Of a DNA stretch of 64,000 bases, positions 37,453 through 50,800 are shown piece by piece. Below the pieces are notes generated by a model. It had not been told where the DNA came from, searched no databases, and worked only from the letters and a program-made list of their open reading frames with translations. Location of the stretch: the NCBI RefSeq assembly GCF_021869535.1, contig NW_026262745.1, positions 26,908,001-26,972,000 of the forward strand. Direction: 5' to 3'. This DNA is from Mytilus californianus (Eukaryota). A program made the translations under genes and the position numbers. Numbering within the stretch: position 1 is the first letter of the stretch; each line of letters begins with the position of its first letter.

Positions 37453-39217
37453 TATATAGAATGAATTTCATAACAGCGTGGACATGGACACATAGTAATT
37501 AAATGTTATCGTGTGTATCACTGGCTGTCGACAACAAAGAGTTCACGCAATTACAGTATGACAGGGGCCTCTCAATAGGGATATACATAATAACTATCTT
37601 TACACATGTCCATTCATAAAATAAAAGTTTTTGCATGAAAGTTTATAGGAATTTGTTTTGAATATATTTATATACTCACAACAAAAAGTTTCTTTTGACA
37701 GCATGAGTTTATTCAGAGATGATATCACCAAGTAATCGAGAAAGAAAAAAAAACGTTGTTTTTTCTTGAAAAAACGTTCTGTTGCTCCTTAAAAAAATAA
37801 GAAAACAGTTATTCGTACGAGTTGGTGTAGAGTTACCTACGATCAACTTTCATACTTAGATTATTTTTGTTGGAAATAAGAACCCTGAACCTTCATAAAA
37901 AATCAATGTAGTCCTCTGGGCTGCATAATATATTGCATGGAACAAATTTGAATTCCTATCGAAGACTCCAACGATCAGATTTTCGTGAAAATTTAATTAT
38001 TATTCTTTCAAAAAATAACTCGTGAAAATATCAAGAAGCATATGAATCCGGTCTTCTGTGCAAAATTTACGTTGATTGGAGTCAGAGTAGCTTTTGTGGA
38101 AACATTGATATTTATTTTAGATTTTGTTATACCTTAACACGTATAACAAAAGTTACGGGATCTATATTCTTTTACTTCAAATTGGGCAGGTAATTTCAAT
38201 GAATTTGGTCTTACTCAACTATTTTTTTTTGTTAGTTGAGGACGCATATTTGAGATTCTAATAAAACGTTTATTTGCAATTCTATTCATGCTGATTTCAA
38301 AAGCCTCTTGCATAGCCACCCACTCCCTTATTTTAACTGAATCAGGAATGGTCGCCCCTTGTACTCACTTCTTTTTTGGTTTCTGTGTAGCAATATATAT
38401 CCATGAATTTAATGATATGTTCACAATACATCTGTTTTGGAATAATAAATCATGTGCACAAGACTAAACTGGTCAACTGTAACACGAGATAATGTACAGG
38501 TTATTATGTCAACATAACAGTAACAGTGTAATAATAACCTTTAAACTGGGTGCACTCGTTTAATTATTCTAGTAAAAAAGGTATTGTGAACATATTTAAT
38601 TCATAGATAGATACTGAAACACAAAGTACAAAAACATAAGTACAATTCTAAATTAAATCGCTGTGATCCGTCCAATCGTTTTTCAAATCAACACAACAGC
38701 TGCATTTAACAGGTCGGGCACATTTCCTTATACGGACATGTGTTATTTAGCATACTTTTGCCCCCATCAATGCATGTTTTAGTGTTTGTTAACAAATAAA
38801 GCATTTTTTTTTATTTTGGCGATTGACCAATCCACTGAATGATTTGCAATGCATCATGGACTACTTCTCTATAACTGACACACTACTTAATTTATCACTT
38901 ATTGCCAAAAAAGAATTTTTCTTACTTTTTTCTCTTGATTACTGTGTGATATAACCTCTGAATATACTCATTCTTTCAAAAGAAACTTTTTGCTGTCAGT
39001 ATATAAATATATTCAAAATAAATTCCTATAAACTTTAATGCAAAAAAAAATAATTTATGAATGGACATGTGTAAAATAGTCATGTATATCCCCATTGAGA
39101 GGCCCCTGACATACTGTAATTGCGTGAAGTCTTTGTTGTTGACAGCGAGTGACCGAGGCGATATCATTTAGATATCAGGTGTCCATGTCCACACTGTTAT
39201 GAAATTCATTCTATATA
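37453..39217. mobile_element. Non-autonomous DNA transposon with ~290-bp TIRs (TAG...CTA termini, TATA flanks; possibly Academ-like)
   Basis: 37457-~37750 is the reverse complement of ~38920-39213. TATA lies at 37453-37456 and 39214-39217. No internal ORF. Confidence 0.8.
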
Positions 39218-39571
39218 AGCTTTCGTGTCTGCTTTGTTATAATTTGAAGTTAATACCCCTATATTAAAGATATGGCACTTATGTATCATTATTGAATTCT
39301 ATGTTTGACATTCATTAGGAGATATACTTATAATATTTCCGTCTACAAGTACTATCTCGTGATTACAATTGTTTTTCTGTCAAGTGATTCCTATTTGAAT
39401 AAAAAAAAATGTCAAAGTTTAAGTATTTTCTGCAATAGATGTGAAATTTTGAAAAGTACATTTTATGAAAAAAGTGCATACCATTATTTCCGCACCAGTT
39501 GAAATGTCCTGTTATCAGTTTCACATTGTTTGATAGCAATTATTCCAAATGTACAATGTATCCAGTAAAAA

Positions 39572-39910
39572 GTTAAATCACAAAAATACTGAACTCCGAG
39601 GAAAATTCAAAACGGAAAGCCCCTAATCAAATGGCAAAATCAAAAGCACAAACACATCAAACGAATGGACAGCAACTGTCATATTCCTGACTTGGTACAG
39701 GCATTTTCTTATGTAGAAATGGTGGATTGAACCTGGTTTTATAGCGCTAAACCTCTCACTTGTATGACAGTCGCATCAAATTCCATTATATTGACAACGA
39801 TGCGTGAATAAAACAAACAGACATACCTTGACCTATAATGGTTTACTTTTATAAATTGTTACTTGGATGGAGAGTTGTCTCATTGGCACTCATACCACAT
39901 CTTCCTATAT
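39572..39910. mobile_element. Dispersed repeat (AAATACTGAACTCCGAGGAAAATTCAAAACGG family)
   Basis: Related segments at 4350-4450, 9690-9826, 10200-10310 (reverse) and 63210-63390 (reverse). Confidence 0.7.
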
Positions 39911-42900
39911 CTATATAATAGGTAAAAATGTCAAAATAGAGGTACAGCAGTCAACACCGTGTAACAATCTTAATCACAACAAACACAAACAAATATTTAA
40001 CAAAGAAGCACAAAAAAGCATATATCACATTTAACAACCTCGTTCATTGCTTACTTATTTTTGTATTTTATTTATGTATGCCAGATTAACCCATAAAGGA
40101 TTGAGGGATTTTAAGCACTGGGACCGAATCGTAATTTTCACATTAACTCTGGCGTAGAATCGCGTGTTTGACGTCAGAATGTAAACTTCACACAGGTAGA
40201 GATATAAAATAATTTTGTCGTTCAAAGTATGCAAAAATTGTTATAGAATAATAACACAATGGCGGGATGTTTAAAGTACAGAGACACGTCATAAGTATCA
40301 AAGGAACATAAAAAGTCACACGGACAAAGCACACAAGTAAAAATGAAAAATAACACAAACAACACAATGACGGGATGTATAAGTACAGAGCCACGTCAAA
40401 TGTATATCACCAAAAACAGACCAAACAGTAAAAGTAATATTAATAAAGACAAATAAAAGAACACTTTAACACGTTATTAAGATAATTAATTCTGCGTTCT
40501 TCAAAACCGTCACTTATAGCTAGTATCCTCAGTCATAGTTTTTTATACCAAAAGCAGAATTTTCACAAAAATCAAAATACTTAATGATTGACCAAACTTA
40601 AATAGGAAGCGCTTTTTTATAGGAATACTTTATGTTAACGGCAGTCCTGAATTAAAGTATTGGTTTCTGTAGATTTGAATGGGATTGGAATATACCATGA
40701 CATTTTCCACAAAAGCCTGTATCTTTCACAAAATTTGGAATAAATGCACTATTTTGCTGCTTTACGCCATTATTTTGATTTGTTTTTGCTTAATCGAATT
40801 ATGACTATTGAACAGCGGTATACTACTGTTGCCTTTATATATACATATCTTAAAAGAATTCGGATTGAAAATGCTTTTAATATCTTATGTTTTCTCCTGT
40901 TTAGATTTTTCTGCATATGATATAGCGAAATGGTCCTAAGTCGATGTGTTTCATAAAATACAACCGCAAATTCAGAACGTTCACATAACAAACGTTACAT
41001 TTTTAGTAGCTGGTACTTCGGTACTGCCATGATTTAAATCAAACTTTTCTAAAATTGTCTGTTTATCAATTTTGAAATTACAAGGAAACTAAATTACTGA
41101 TGAAGGTAAATTCAGAAAAGCGCTTCGGACGCATGCAATCTATAACGTGTTGTATTCATTTTTTTTTTAACAAAAAGTCATCAAATTAATTGAACTTCAT
41201 GCGTTGTTTTGTAGTAAAAATAAAGTAGACACGACTGTTGATAGTGGTTTTATTATATATAATTCTATTTGGTTGGTTTGGAGAAAAAAATATTTGTGTT
41301 CAGTAACTGAAAGAAAGGATGTACAAAATTGCACTGTGGCAGATATAACGTCGGTAACAGAGTCCATAGCATTTGTATGTATACACTTGTGAATGAGTTT
41401 TAGTCTTTAACGGTCATTGTGATCTTAACATCATCTTAATTACATAAAAGAACATTGCTGAATTGTATTTTTCTCTTGATATGACACTTTTTTTTGAAGA
41501 AAATTCATCTCTTGTCATCATGAAGGTAAAGATAACGGGGAAACTATATTGTATAAGTTATTTGTAAATGTTGATAATTGTTCTGTATATTTACTTATTA
41601 GTCTGGTGTTGATATGTCTGATTTTGATTGATGTTTTTGCTTTGCGACCAAAATATAAAACCCAACTGTGTCCAATGGGTATTAATGTAGTGATCAAAAC
41701 TTCTCTGGTTCGGAATTAAGATCCGTGCTCAGGACATTCGATTATAGTGTGCAGTAATTATTAATAAACAGCCATATTTGGTTGACAGGTGTGCGTTTGG
41801 TCAGAGAGAGATACATTCTTCGCGCGTAACGACGTCTTGTTAATCTGCATTGGACGGGAAATGTCCTGCCCATGACAAGCACAACTGTTGGTAAAATGAA
41901 GCTTTTACTTCGAAGTTTCATAACTCTTTATTTCGACCCTTTTAACACATGCTATTTAAATAATTCATTGTATATTTTCTGTTTATTCTTGAGTACCTGT
42001 CTTTGTAAGAATCATACAGGTTTCTGTTAAAATTGAAAATAAGGAAAGGTAAAGTTCCTTGGAAAATTGAAAATAAGGAAAGGTAAAGTTCCATGGAAAT
42101 AAAGTTAATCCATAAATAAGGATCTAGATCTTTACAGTGTTGAAAGGCAAAGCATAAAACTATTTAAAAATATAAAAAAAATTTAAATGTGTCAGATCTA
42201 TAAGTCATTTCCATAGAAAACTATTTCAAATATTTTAAAACATTAGACCAATACTACGCCAAAATGTCACTGAACATTTTTGAAAGACCATGTTTTAGAT
42301 GTTTATGAAATGAAAAGAAAGTGGTGTGGTTTATTTTCTTTCTTTAAAGAAATATTTGTATTCTAAATTGTCTATTTTAACAACAACAAAAAACAGATTG
42401 CCATATATAGGAACAGTCAAACTTCTTGAACTTAATAAGCCAAAATCTTACATTATATTGTGCATTTCTCGCATATATTTTTTTAATTGCAAATGAAAAT
42501 ATATAACTTTTTGAAATAATATTGGAACAGAATGAACCTAATTAGTCTGTATATGCAGCAACCCTTTTTTCGGAAAATTTCAGTTTTTCAGTATTATAAA
42601 ATTTGTCGAAAAATATAAAAAAAGTGGTATTTAGTTGGGCTTCCTTGTGAACATTATGAGCATTTAGGCATGATATTTCTTCAATAGTTGGGGACAGTTA
42701 ATTAACCCGATCCCCTTTCTTATATAAAAGATTTCTCAGAGAGATACCAAATAAATGTAAAGGGTTCCACATAACACCTTTTTTTGCCTGGGACTGATGC
42801 TGTCAGTGTAAAAGAGTAATGTAAACTTTCAAAAACATTTAAGTCTATATAACATGCTTAAACAAACCAAACTAAAACAAAAAAAAAAACAACGTAATAA

Positions 42901-45289
42901 ATACTTTCACTTTCAAGATGATCCTGTCCAAGCTTTGTAAAGTTTCAAGAAGGTTTGACATATTTATTCAAATTATAAAAACAACTTTAACACGACTAGT
43001 TTGAATTATTTAAGTATAAAGGATTACTCCGAAAACGATGTAAGTCAGTTCATTTAGGAGAGACCTATACATACGCAGAGAATTAGACGTCCAAACAACA
43101 GAAATGCCTACTTTGCGTATTAATTGATTAATATACAAGACCGAATATCCAAATGTTCTCTGATTTCCCGTTTTATAAATATTCCGATAATAAAACGGCA
43201 CAGGACAGGATGAACATAAGCATATGTAAAACCCCGCTTTATTAATTTCGTGTGTCCGCAGCACTTTTCTGGATTTACCGTAATCAGAAACGCTCAAACC
43301 CATTAATATGAAATGCACTATCAGACAAAAACAAGCGCAGAGCTATATGACCAAGAGCCTTAAAATTATTTTAAGGTCAAATTTGTCTGAAGGAGTTTGA
43401 ACCTTAGTTTCTTAACATCTCGTAATTTATCAACGCAGAACTTACAAAAAGTTTGTTATAAATCATGTCAATATAGAAAAAATGACCACTAAGCTGATGA
43501 CACTCTCGGAGACAAACAGTTCACCAGCTGTGGTATCGAACAAGTGTTGATAAAGGAACAAAAACTCTTAATCAACTTCGTGCGTCCGAAGTAATTTTCT
43601 TAGTGTACAGCTGAAATTCAAAAAGTTTAAAGAAAAAATTTTACATTCACTTTATCTCAATTGCTTTAATTTCGCTTATTATGACGTTCAGTATCTATTG
43701 ACGACGTGGAGAATAGAAGTAATTAATAGTCATTACGTAATGAATCGTGTTTTTGAAATTAATTGATGGATAATTTAGAGGTATTATGGCAATATATAGT
43801 GATACAATTTCATATTTGCTCAGGTTTGAATCGGAACCATTTGTGTGAAATGTAATAAAAGAAAAATACAGCAGCTCTAGGACCTTTTACCAAACCAATA
43901 TGCTAAGTTTTACTTTGTCATACCTTATTATTAGCTAAAATACTGCCTAAAATAAGAATGTGACATTTGTTGGGTCATTCATTTGCGCTCACCAATCTGG
44001 TTAAAATTCCACTGACACGGGCGACATGTATGGTACATCCTGAGGGTACATGTTCTCATGCTACTTGCAATGGCTATTAAACTCTACTTATGTTAAACAA
44101 ACATATGTATGTGTATATAGCTTGTTTGCATTGATATTGTAGGTATCAAATTGAACCCAAAGACAGAAGAGAAAAGTAAGTACGTTCAACAATTATCAAA
44201 ACCCATACCGTATAGTCAAATGACCCTGCAATGCATGATATCGTTTATTTTACTTAGAAGTATAAACAGCCCAGTAGTCAGTACTTCAGTGTTGACATGA
44301 ATTGTCATTGACATGGTCACAATTATTAACTTTAACTGTTAACAAAACTTTGTATTTTTCGAAATACTAAGGATTTTCTACCCCTGGAATAGATTACCTT
44401 AGCTTTATTTGGCAAAATCTTTCCGAATTTTGGGTCCTCAATGCTCTTTAACTTTGTACTTCGGCATTTCTAACCTTTTTGATTCGAGCGTCACTTGTTA
44501 GTCTTTTGTAGACGAAACGCGCGTCTGGAGTTCACAATTTGAATCCTGGTATCAATGAGGAGTTTATATACACCTTTTAAGTGTGTGAATTTTTAGCCTA
44601 AAATAGTGCCTATATTCTTGTTGAATGAATTACCCTCTGTACCCCATTTCTAATTTCATTTTCTCGTCATTTTCATTCAAAAGTTTTAACGCTCAGAATC
44701 ATTTTTTAACTAATGCCAATCAATAAATAGGTTGTTTTTATCACACACAAAACAATCAGGTTCACCGAAGATATTTTATTTAAATGTAATAAAAACATCA
44801 GTTCCAATGCCTTTCTAATTTCTGTGCTTATGTTTGATTTAACGGATATAACTTGATGTCAAGTTTTAAAGACCGATGCAAAGATGGGTAGTTAATATCA
44901 AAATATAAAGATCTGAAAGGATTGCAAATAAGACCAAATGACGTAGCAAATATAGATGATGGCAATGAGTTAAACCCATACCGTATAGTAAGTTATATGA
45001 GTATTATAAACCAAATCTTGAATTCTATCCTAATTCTATCCTATTTTGGGAAAATTTCAGAAATTCAAATGTGACATCACCTTTTTTTTGCGTTGATCTC
45101 TTTGGCTAACTCGGCTGTGAATTTTTATGTGCTGGTTTATGTTGTTTTATGTATCCGTTTTTATTCTGTAGTTAGTCACCACTTCGGTGTTATCATGTAT
45201 ATGTATTATATAGTCATTTTTATAAATTTACTCTTTGCAAAAGTATGAATTATTCTAAATACTAAGGATTTTCTTATCCCAGACATATT

Positions 45290-46325
45290 TTTTCTTAAAA
45301 TGTCCTGTACCAAGTCAGGAAAATGGCCATTGAATTATTATAGTTCGTTTCTATGTGTTACATTTTAATGTTGTGTTTTTGTTGTGGCGTTGTTCTCCTC
45401 TTATATTTGATGCGTTTCCCTCAGTTTTAGTTTGTAACCCGGATTTGTGTTTATCTCTATCGATTTATGAGTTTCAAATAGCGGTATACTACTGTTGCCT
45501 TTATATATAACCTTAGCCGTATTTGGCACAACTTTTTGGAACTTTTGGTCCTCAATGCTCTTCAACTTTGTACTTGTTTTGGCTTTCGTACTTTTTTGAT
45601 CTGAGCGCCACTGGTTAGTCTTGTGTGGACGAAATACGCGTCTTGCGTATTAAATTTTAAACCTGGTACTTTTTGTTAGCTATGATTCGTATGTTTCTCT
45701 GTCCTATATTTTCTCCCATTTATTTGTATTGTAGTCCTGTCATGTAATGTTGTCATTTTAATGTTATATTTAACATTGCCATGAGGTTTGGCTAGCCACA
45801 AAACCAGGTTCAACCCACCATTTGTTTTCTTAAAAATGTCCTGTACCAAGTCAGGAAAATGGCAATTGTTATCGTATAGTTTGTTTCTATGTGTGTTGCA
45901 TTGTCGTTTGTTTTTTGTTCACTTCAGTGTTTCTGTTTTGTTGTCGAAATGTTCTATATTGTATTGTTTATTTGCGTAATTCTCTGTCCTGAATGTTCTT
46001 GCATTTATTTGTACTGAAGTCCTGTAATGTAATGGTGTCATTTTAGTGTTATAAACATTGCCATAAAAGTGCGAGGTTTGTCTAGCCACAAAACCAGGTT
46101 CAACACACCATTTTTTTCTTAAAGTTTCCTGTACCAAGTCATGAAAATGGCCATTGTTATATTATAGTAAGTTTCTGTATGTGTTACATTTTAATGTTGT
46201 GTTTCTGTTGTAGTTCTCCTCTTATATTTGATGTATTTCCCTCAGTTTTAGTTTGTAACCCGGATTTGTTTTCTTCTCAATCGATTTATGAACTTCGAAC
46301 AGCGGTATACTACTGTTGCCTTTAT
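45290..46325. repeat. Cluster of tandem or nested copies of the CCTGTACCAAGTCAGGAAAATGG dispersed repeat
   Basis: The motif occurs near 45303, 45840 and 46128. A reverse copy lies at 59637-59890. Confidence 0.75.
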
Positions 46326-47797
46326 TTATTAAACAAAATCCCAACATGCCAAAATGTAAAAATGAATTTGAACGAAAACACCAACTGACTGATTAAAATA
46401 CAAAACCATATACGAAAAAAAAATGATAGACAGTTATTAACGACTACAAATAAATAACAGTCTCCTGACTTGCGAGAGGCATATGCTGAACGTGGTAAGT
46501 GTTAAACATTTTTTCGAGTGACCTACCCCCTATACCTGGGACAGTAGTGTAAGAGTACTCACAGTTAATGAAAGCTAGTTTAAAGCCATTTACAAGTAAC
46601 AAATAAATTAAAAATACTATCGGCATGAGTTATAACAACACAATTTAAGAAAAACAAATATGATAAAAATGAACCAACGGGCGACCACTGAATTACAGGC
46701 TCCTTACTTAGAACAGGGGTTAAACATGCTTGGGGCGCACAACCCTTCCCAAATGTGGGACACCATATGAGCATACTGTAAAATACTGTCAAAATCTTAA
46801 CTCAAAAGATCGGTACGAAGCACAAAAAACCCAAACAACTAACATAATAAAAACAATAGACACACATCATCGATATAACCTCCCCCTTACCTAGGACAAT
46901 GGTAAATGAGAACTCTCAGTTACTGAAAGCTAGTTCAAACCCAATCACAACTATTAAATAAATCATGTTGATCGAGACTAAAGCATCAATCAGTACAAAT
47001 CCAATAGATTTAGTGTAAAGATAACATAAATAGTAGCGAATACAAATATTTTTATTTCCGACAATGTACATATATTGTTAAAGTCTCCTGTTACCTCGCT
47101 CTCATGTTGACGAGTCCATGCATTGTCGATTGTTTCTTTTGGACGTTTTGTTATTTAAATATTCGTTTAAGTATGATATAATTCAAATTTGAGAAATTTT
47201 GTCAAATTGAAGAACATGAATTTGACAGCTAATGACCCTTTAAGTAAACAATAAAGACTCTTTAGTATTACATTTCAAGTAGGAGTTGACAAATTTTATG
47301 TTTTGACTCTGTGAGTGAAAGAAACATACAGGGGGATAGAAATGAGTACATATTGATTTTTTACATTACGTCTGAAAGGTCGTTGACTATTCCGTAATAC
47401 CATTTAAATCGATAGCAAATGACTTACATTGTCAAAATAAATCATCGATAAATAAATCTTATCTATGTTGTCTTTTCTATGACATTGTAGTAATTTCTTA
47501 TCTGTTATGACTGATAAGTAGGGAGAAATGAAAGACGATAGTTTGCAACCAAATAACTTGTACTAATAAATTGTTAAAACATGTCATTGATACTGATAAT
47601 GCAAATTTCATTCAGTTTCAAATATTTATAAGTAATATTTCATATAAAAGCTCGGAAACATAAACAAATAAAAAATTAGTTCACTGAAAATTAAAACGTT
47701 TTGTTTCGAACTTTATCTTAATTGCCTTCTACCTAAAACGTAGAAGTCTCTAACAAAGCTTGTTGAAAGACTTTCAGGAATATACAATTAAATCAGC

Positions 47798-47870
47798 ATG
47801 AACGGGAATGGGGACATCAAAGTGATATTAAACATCGCATGTTTAGCCGTCTTCTGTACAACAGGATTCA
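47798..47870 (+). CDS. FAMeT-like/PAN secreted protein, exon 1 (signal peptide)
   Basis: ATG at 47798 gives MNGNGDIKVILNIACLAVFCTTGF plus one base, then GTAAGT at 47871. Phase 1 matches the exon 2 acceptor (A+GC = Ser). Confidence 0.72.
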
Positions 47871-50800
47871 GTAAGTATTACATTAAGAGTTCTATTTTGA
47901 TGGAGGTGATGGATTCCTCTCTACAACAGGATTCAGTGAGTATTACATCAAGACTTCCATTTTGATGGAGGTGATGGAGTCTTTTATACAACATGATTCA
48001 GTAAGTATTACATTGAGAGTTCCATTTTGATAGAGGTGATGGAGTCTTCTGTACAACATGATGCAGTAAGTATTACATCAAGAGTTCATTTTGATGGAGG
48101 TGATAGAATCTTCTGTACAACATGATTCAGTTAGTATCATATCAAGAGTTCCATTTTGATGAAGGTGATGGAACCTTCTGTACAACATGATTCAGTTAGT
48201 ATCATATCAAGAGTTCCATTTTGATGGAGGTGGTAAAGACTTCTGTACAACATGATTCAGTAAGTATTACATCAAGAGTTCCATTTTGATTGGGGTGATG
48301 GAGTCTTCTATACAACATGATTCAGCAAGTATTACATCAAGAGTTCCAATTTGATGGAGGTGATGGAGTCTTCTGTACATCATGATTCAGTTAGTATTAC
48401 ATCATGAGTTCCATTTTGATGAGGTGATGGAGTCTTCTGTACAACTTGATTCAGTAAATATTACATCAAGAGTTTCAATTTGATGGAGGTGATGGAGTCT
48501 TCTATACAACATGATTCAGTTAGTATTACATCAAGAATTCTATTTTGATGGAGGTGATGGAGTCTTCTGTACAACATGATTCAGTTAGTATCATATCAAG
48601 AGTTCCATGTTGATGGAGGTGATGGAGTCTTTTGTACAACTTGATTCAGTAAGTATTACATCAAGAGTTCCATTTTGATGGAGGTGATTGAGACTTCTGT
48701 ATAACATGATTCAGTAAGTGATACGTCAAGAGTTCTATATTAATGGAGATGATGGAGTCTTTTGTACAACATAATTCAGTAAGTATTACATCGAGAGTTC
48801 CAATTTGATGGAGGGGATGGAGTCTTCTGTACATCATGATTCAGTTAGTATTACATCACTAGTTTCATTTTGATGAGGTGATGGAGTCTTCTGTACAACA
48901 TGATTTAGTTAGTATCATATCAAGAGTTCCATTTTGATGGAGGTGATGGAGTCTTCTGAACAACATGATTCAGTGAGTATTACATCAAGAGTTCCAATTT
49001 GATTGATGTGATGGAGTCTTTTGTACAACAGGATTCAGTGAGCATTACAAAAAGAGTTTCATTTTGATGGAAGTGATGGAGTATTTTTTACAATATGGTT
49101 CAGTGAGTATTACATCAAAAGTTCTAATTTGATGGAGGTATTGGAGTCTTCTCTACAACATTATTCAGTTAGTATTACATCATGAGTTCTATTTTGATGG
49201 AGGTGATGGAGTCATTTGTACAACAGGATTCAGTAAGTATTAGATTAAGAGTTCCATTTTGATTGAGGTGATGGAGTCTTCTATACAACATGATTCAGCA
49301 AGTTTTACATCAAGAGTTCCAATTTGATGGAGGTGATGGAGTCTTCTGTACATCATGATTCAGTTAGTATTACATCATGAGTTCCATTTTTGATGAGGTG
49401 ATGGAGTCTTCTGTACAACTTGATTCAGTAAATATTACATCAAGAGTTTTAATTTGATGGAGGTGATGGAGTCTTCTATACAACATGATTCAGTTGGTAT
49501 TACATCAAGAATTCTATTTTGATGGAGGTGATGGAGTCTTCTGTACAACATGATTCAGTTAGTATCATATCAAGAGTTCCATGTTGATGGAGGTGATGGA
49601 GACTTCTGTACAACATGGTTCAGTAAGTATTACATCAAGAGTTCCATTTTGATGGAGATGATGGAGTCTTTCGTACAACTTGATTCAGTAAGTATTACAT
49701 CAAGAGTTCCATTTTGATGGAGGTGATGGAGACTTCTGTATAACATGATTCAGTAAGTGATACGTCAAGAGTTCTATTTTGATGGAGATGATGGAGTCTT
49801 TTGTACAACATGATTCAGTAAGTATTACATCGAGAGTTCCAATTTGATGGAGGGGATGGAGTCTTCTGTACATCATGATTCAGTTAGTATTACATCATGA
49901 GTTCCATTTTGATGAGGTGATGAAGTCTTCTGTACAACTTGATTCAGTAAATATTACATCAAGAGTTTCAATTTGATGGAGGTGATGGAGTCTTCTATAC
50001 AACATGATTCAGTTAGTATTACATCAAGAACTCTATTTTGATGGAGGTGATGGAGTCTTCTGTACAACATGATTCAGTTAGTATCATATCAAGAGTTCCA
50101 TGTTGATGGAGGTGATGGAGACTTCTTTACAACATGGTTCAGTAAGTATTACATCAAGAGTTCCATTTTGATGGAGATGATGGAGTCTTTCGTACAACTT
50201 GATTCAGTAAGTATTACATCAAGAGTTCCATTTTGATGGAGGTGATGGAGACTTCTGTATAACATGATTCAGTAAGTGATACGTCAAGAGTTCTATTTTG
50301 ATGGAGATGATGGGGTCTTCTGTACAACATAATTCAGTAAGTATTACATCGAGAGTTCCAATTTGATGGAGGGGATGGAGTCTTCTGTACATCATGATTC
50401 AGTTAGTATTACATCACTAGTTCCATTTTGAAGAGGTGATGGAGTCTTCTGTACAACATGATTTAGTTAGTATCATATCAAGAGTTCCATTTTGATGAAG
50501 GTGATGTAGTCTTCTGTACAACATGATTCAGTGAGTATTACATCAAGAGTTCCAATTTGATTGATGTGATGGAGTCTTTTGTACAACAGGATTCAGTGAG
50601 CATTACAAAAAGAGTTCCATTTTGATGGAAGTGATGGAGTATTTTTTACAACATGGTTCAGTGAGTATTTCATCAAAAGTTCTATTTTGATGGAGGTATT
50701 GGAGTCTTCTCTACAACATTATTCAGTTAGTATTACATCATGAGTTCTATTTTGATGGAGGTGATGGAGTCATTTGTACAACAGGATTCAGTAAGTATTA

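Noticed and set aside
41742-41921. 59-aa minus-strand ORF (MKLRSKSFILPTVVLVMGRTFPVQC...) with a signal-like start
   Set aside because: It lies in a dispersed repeat whose other copy (18212-18424) has four in-frame stops in the same frame.
42029-42100. ~34-bp direct duplication; also the A26 run (15412) and C20 run (62233)
   Set aside because: Ordinary slippage products.
44143-44175. 33-nt segment flanked by TTGTAG and GTAAGT, a candidate 5' UTR exon of the FAMeT-like gene
   Set aside because: It cannot be distinguished from chance splice motifs without RNA data.
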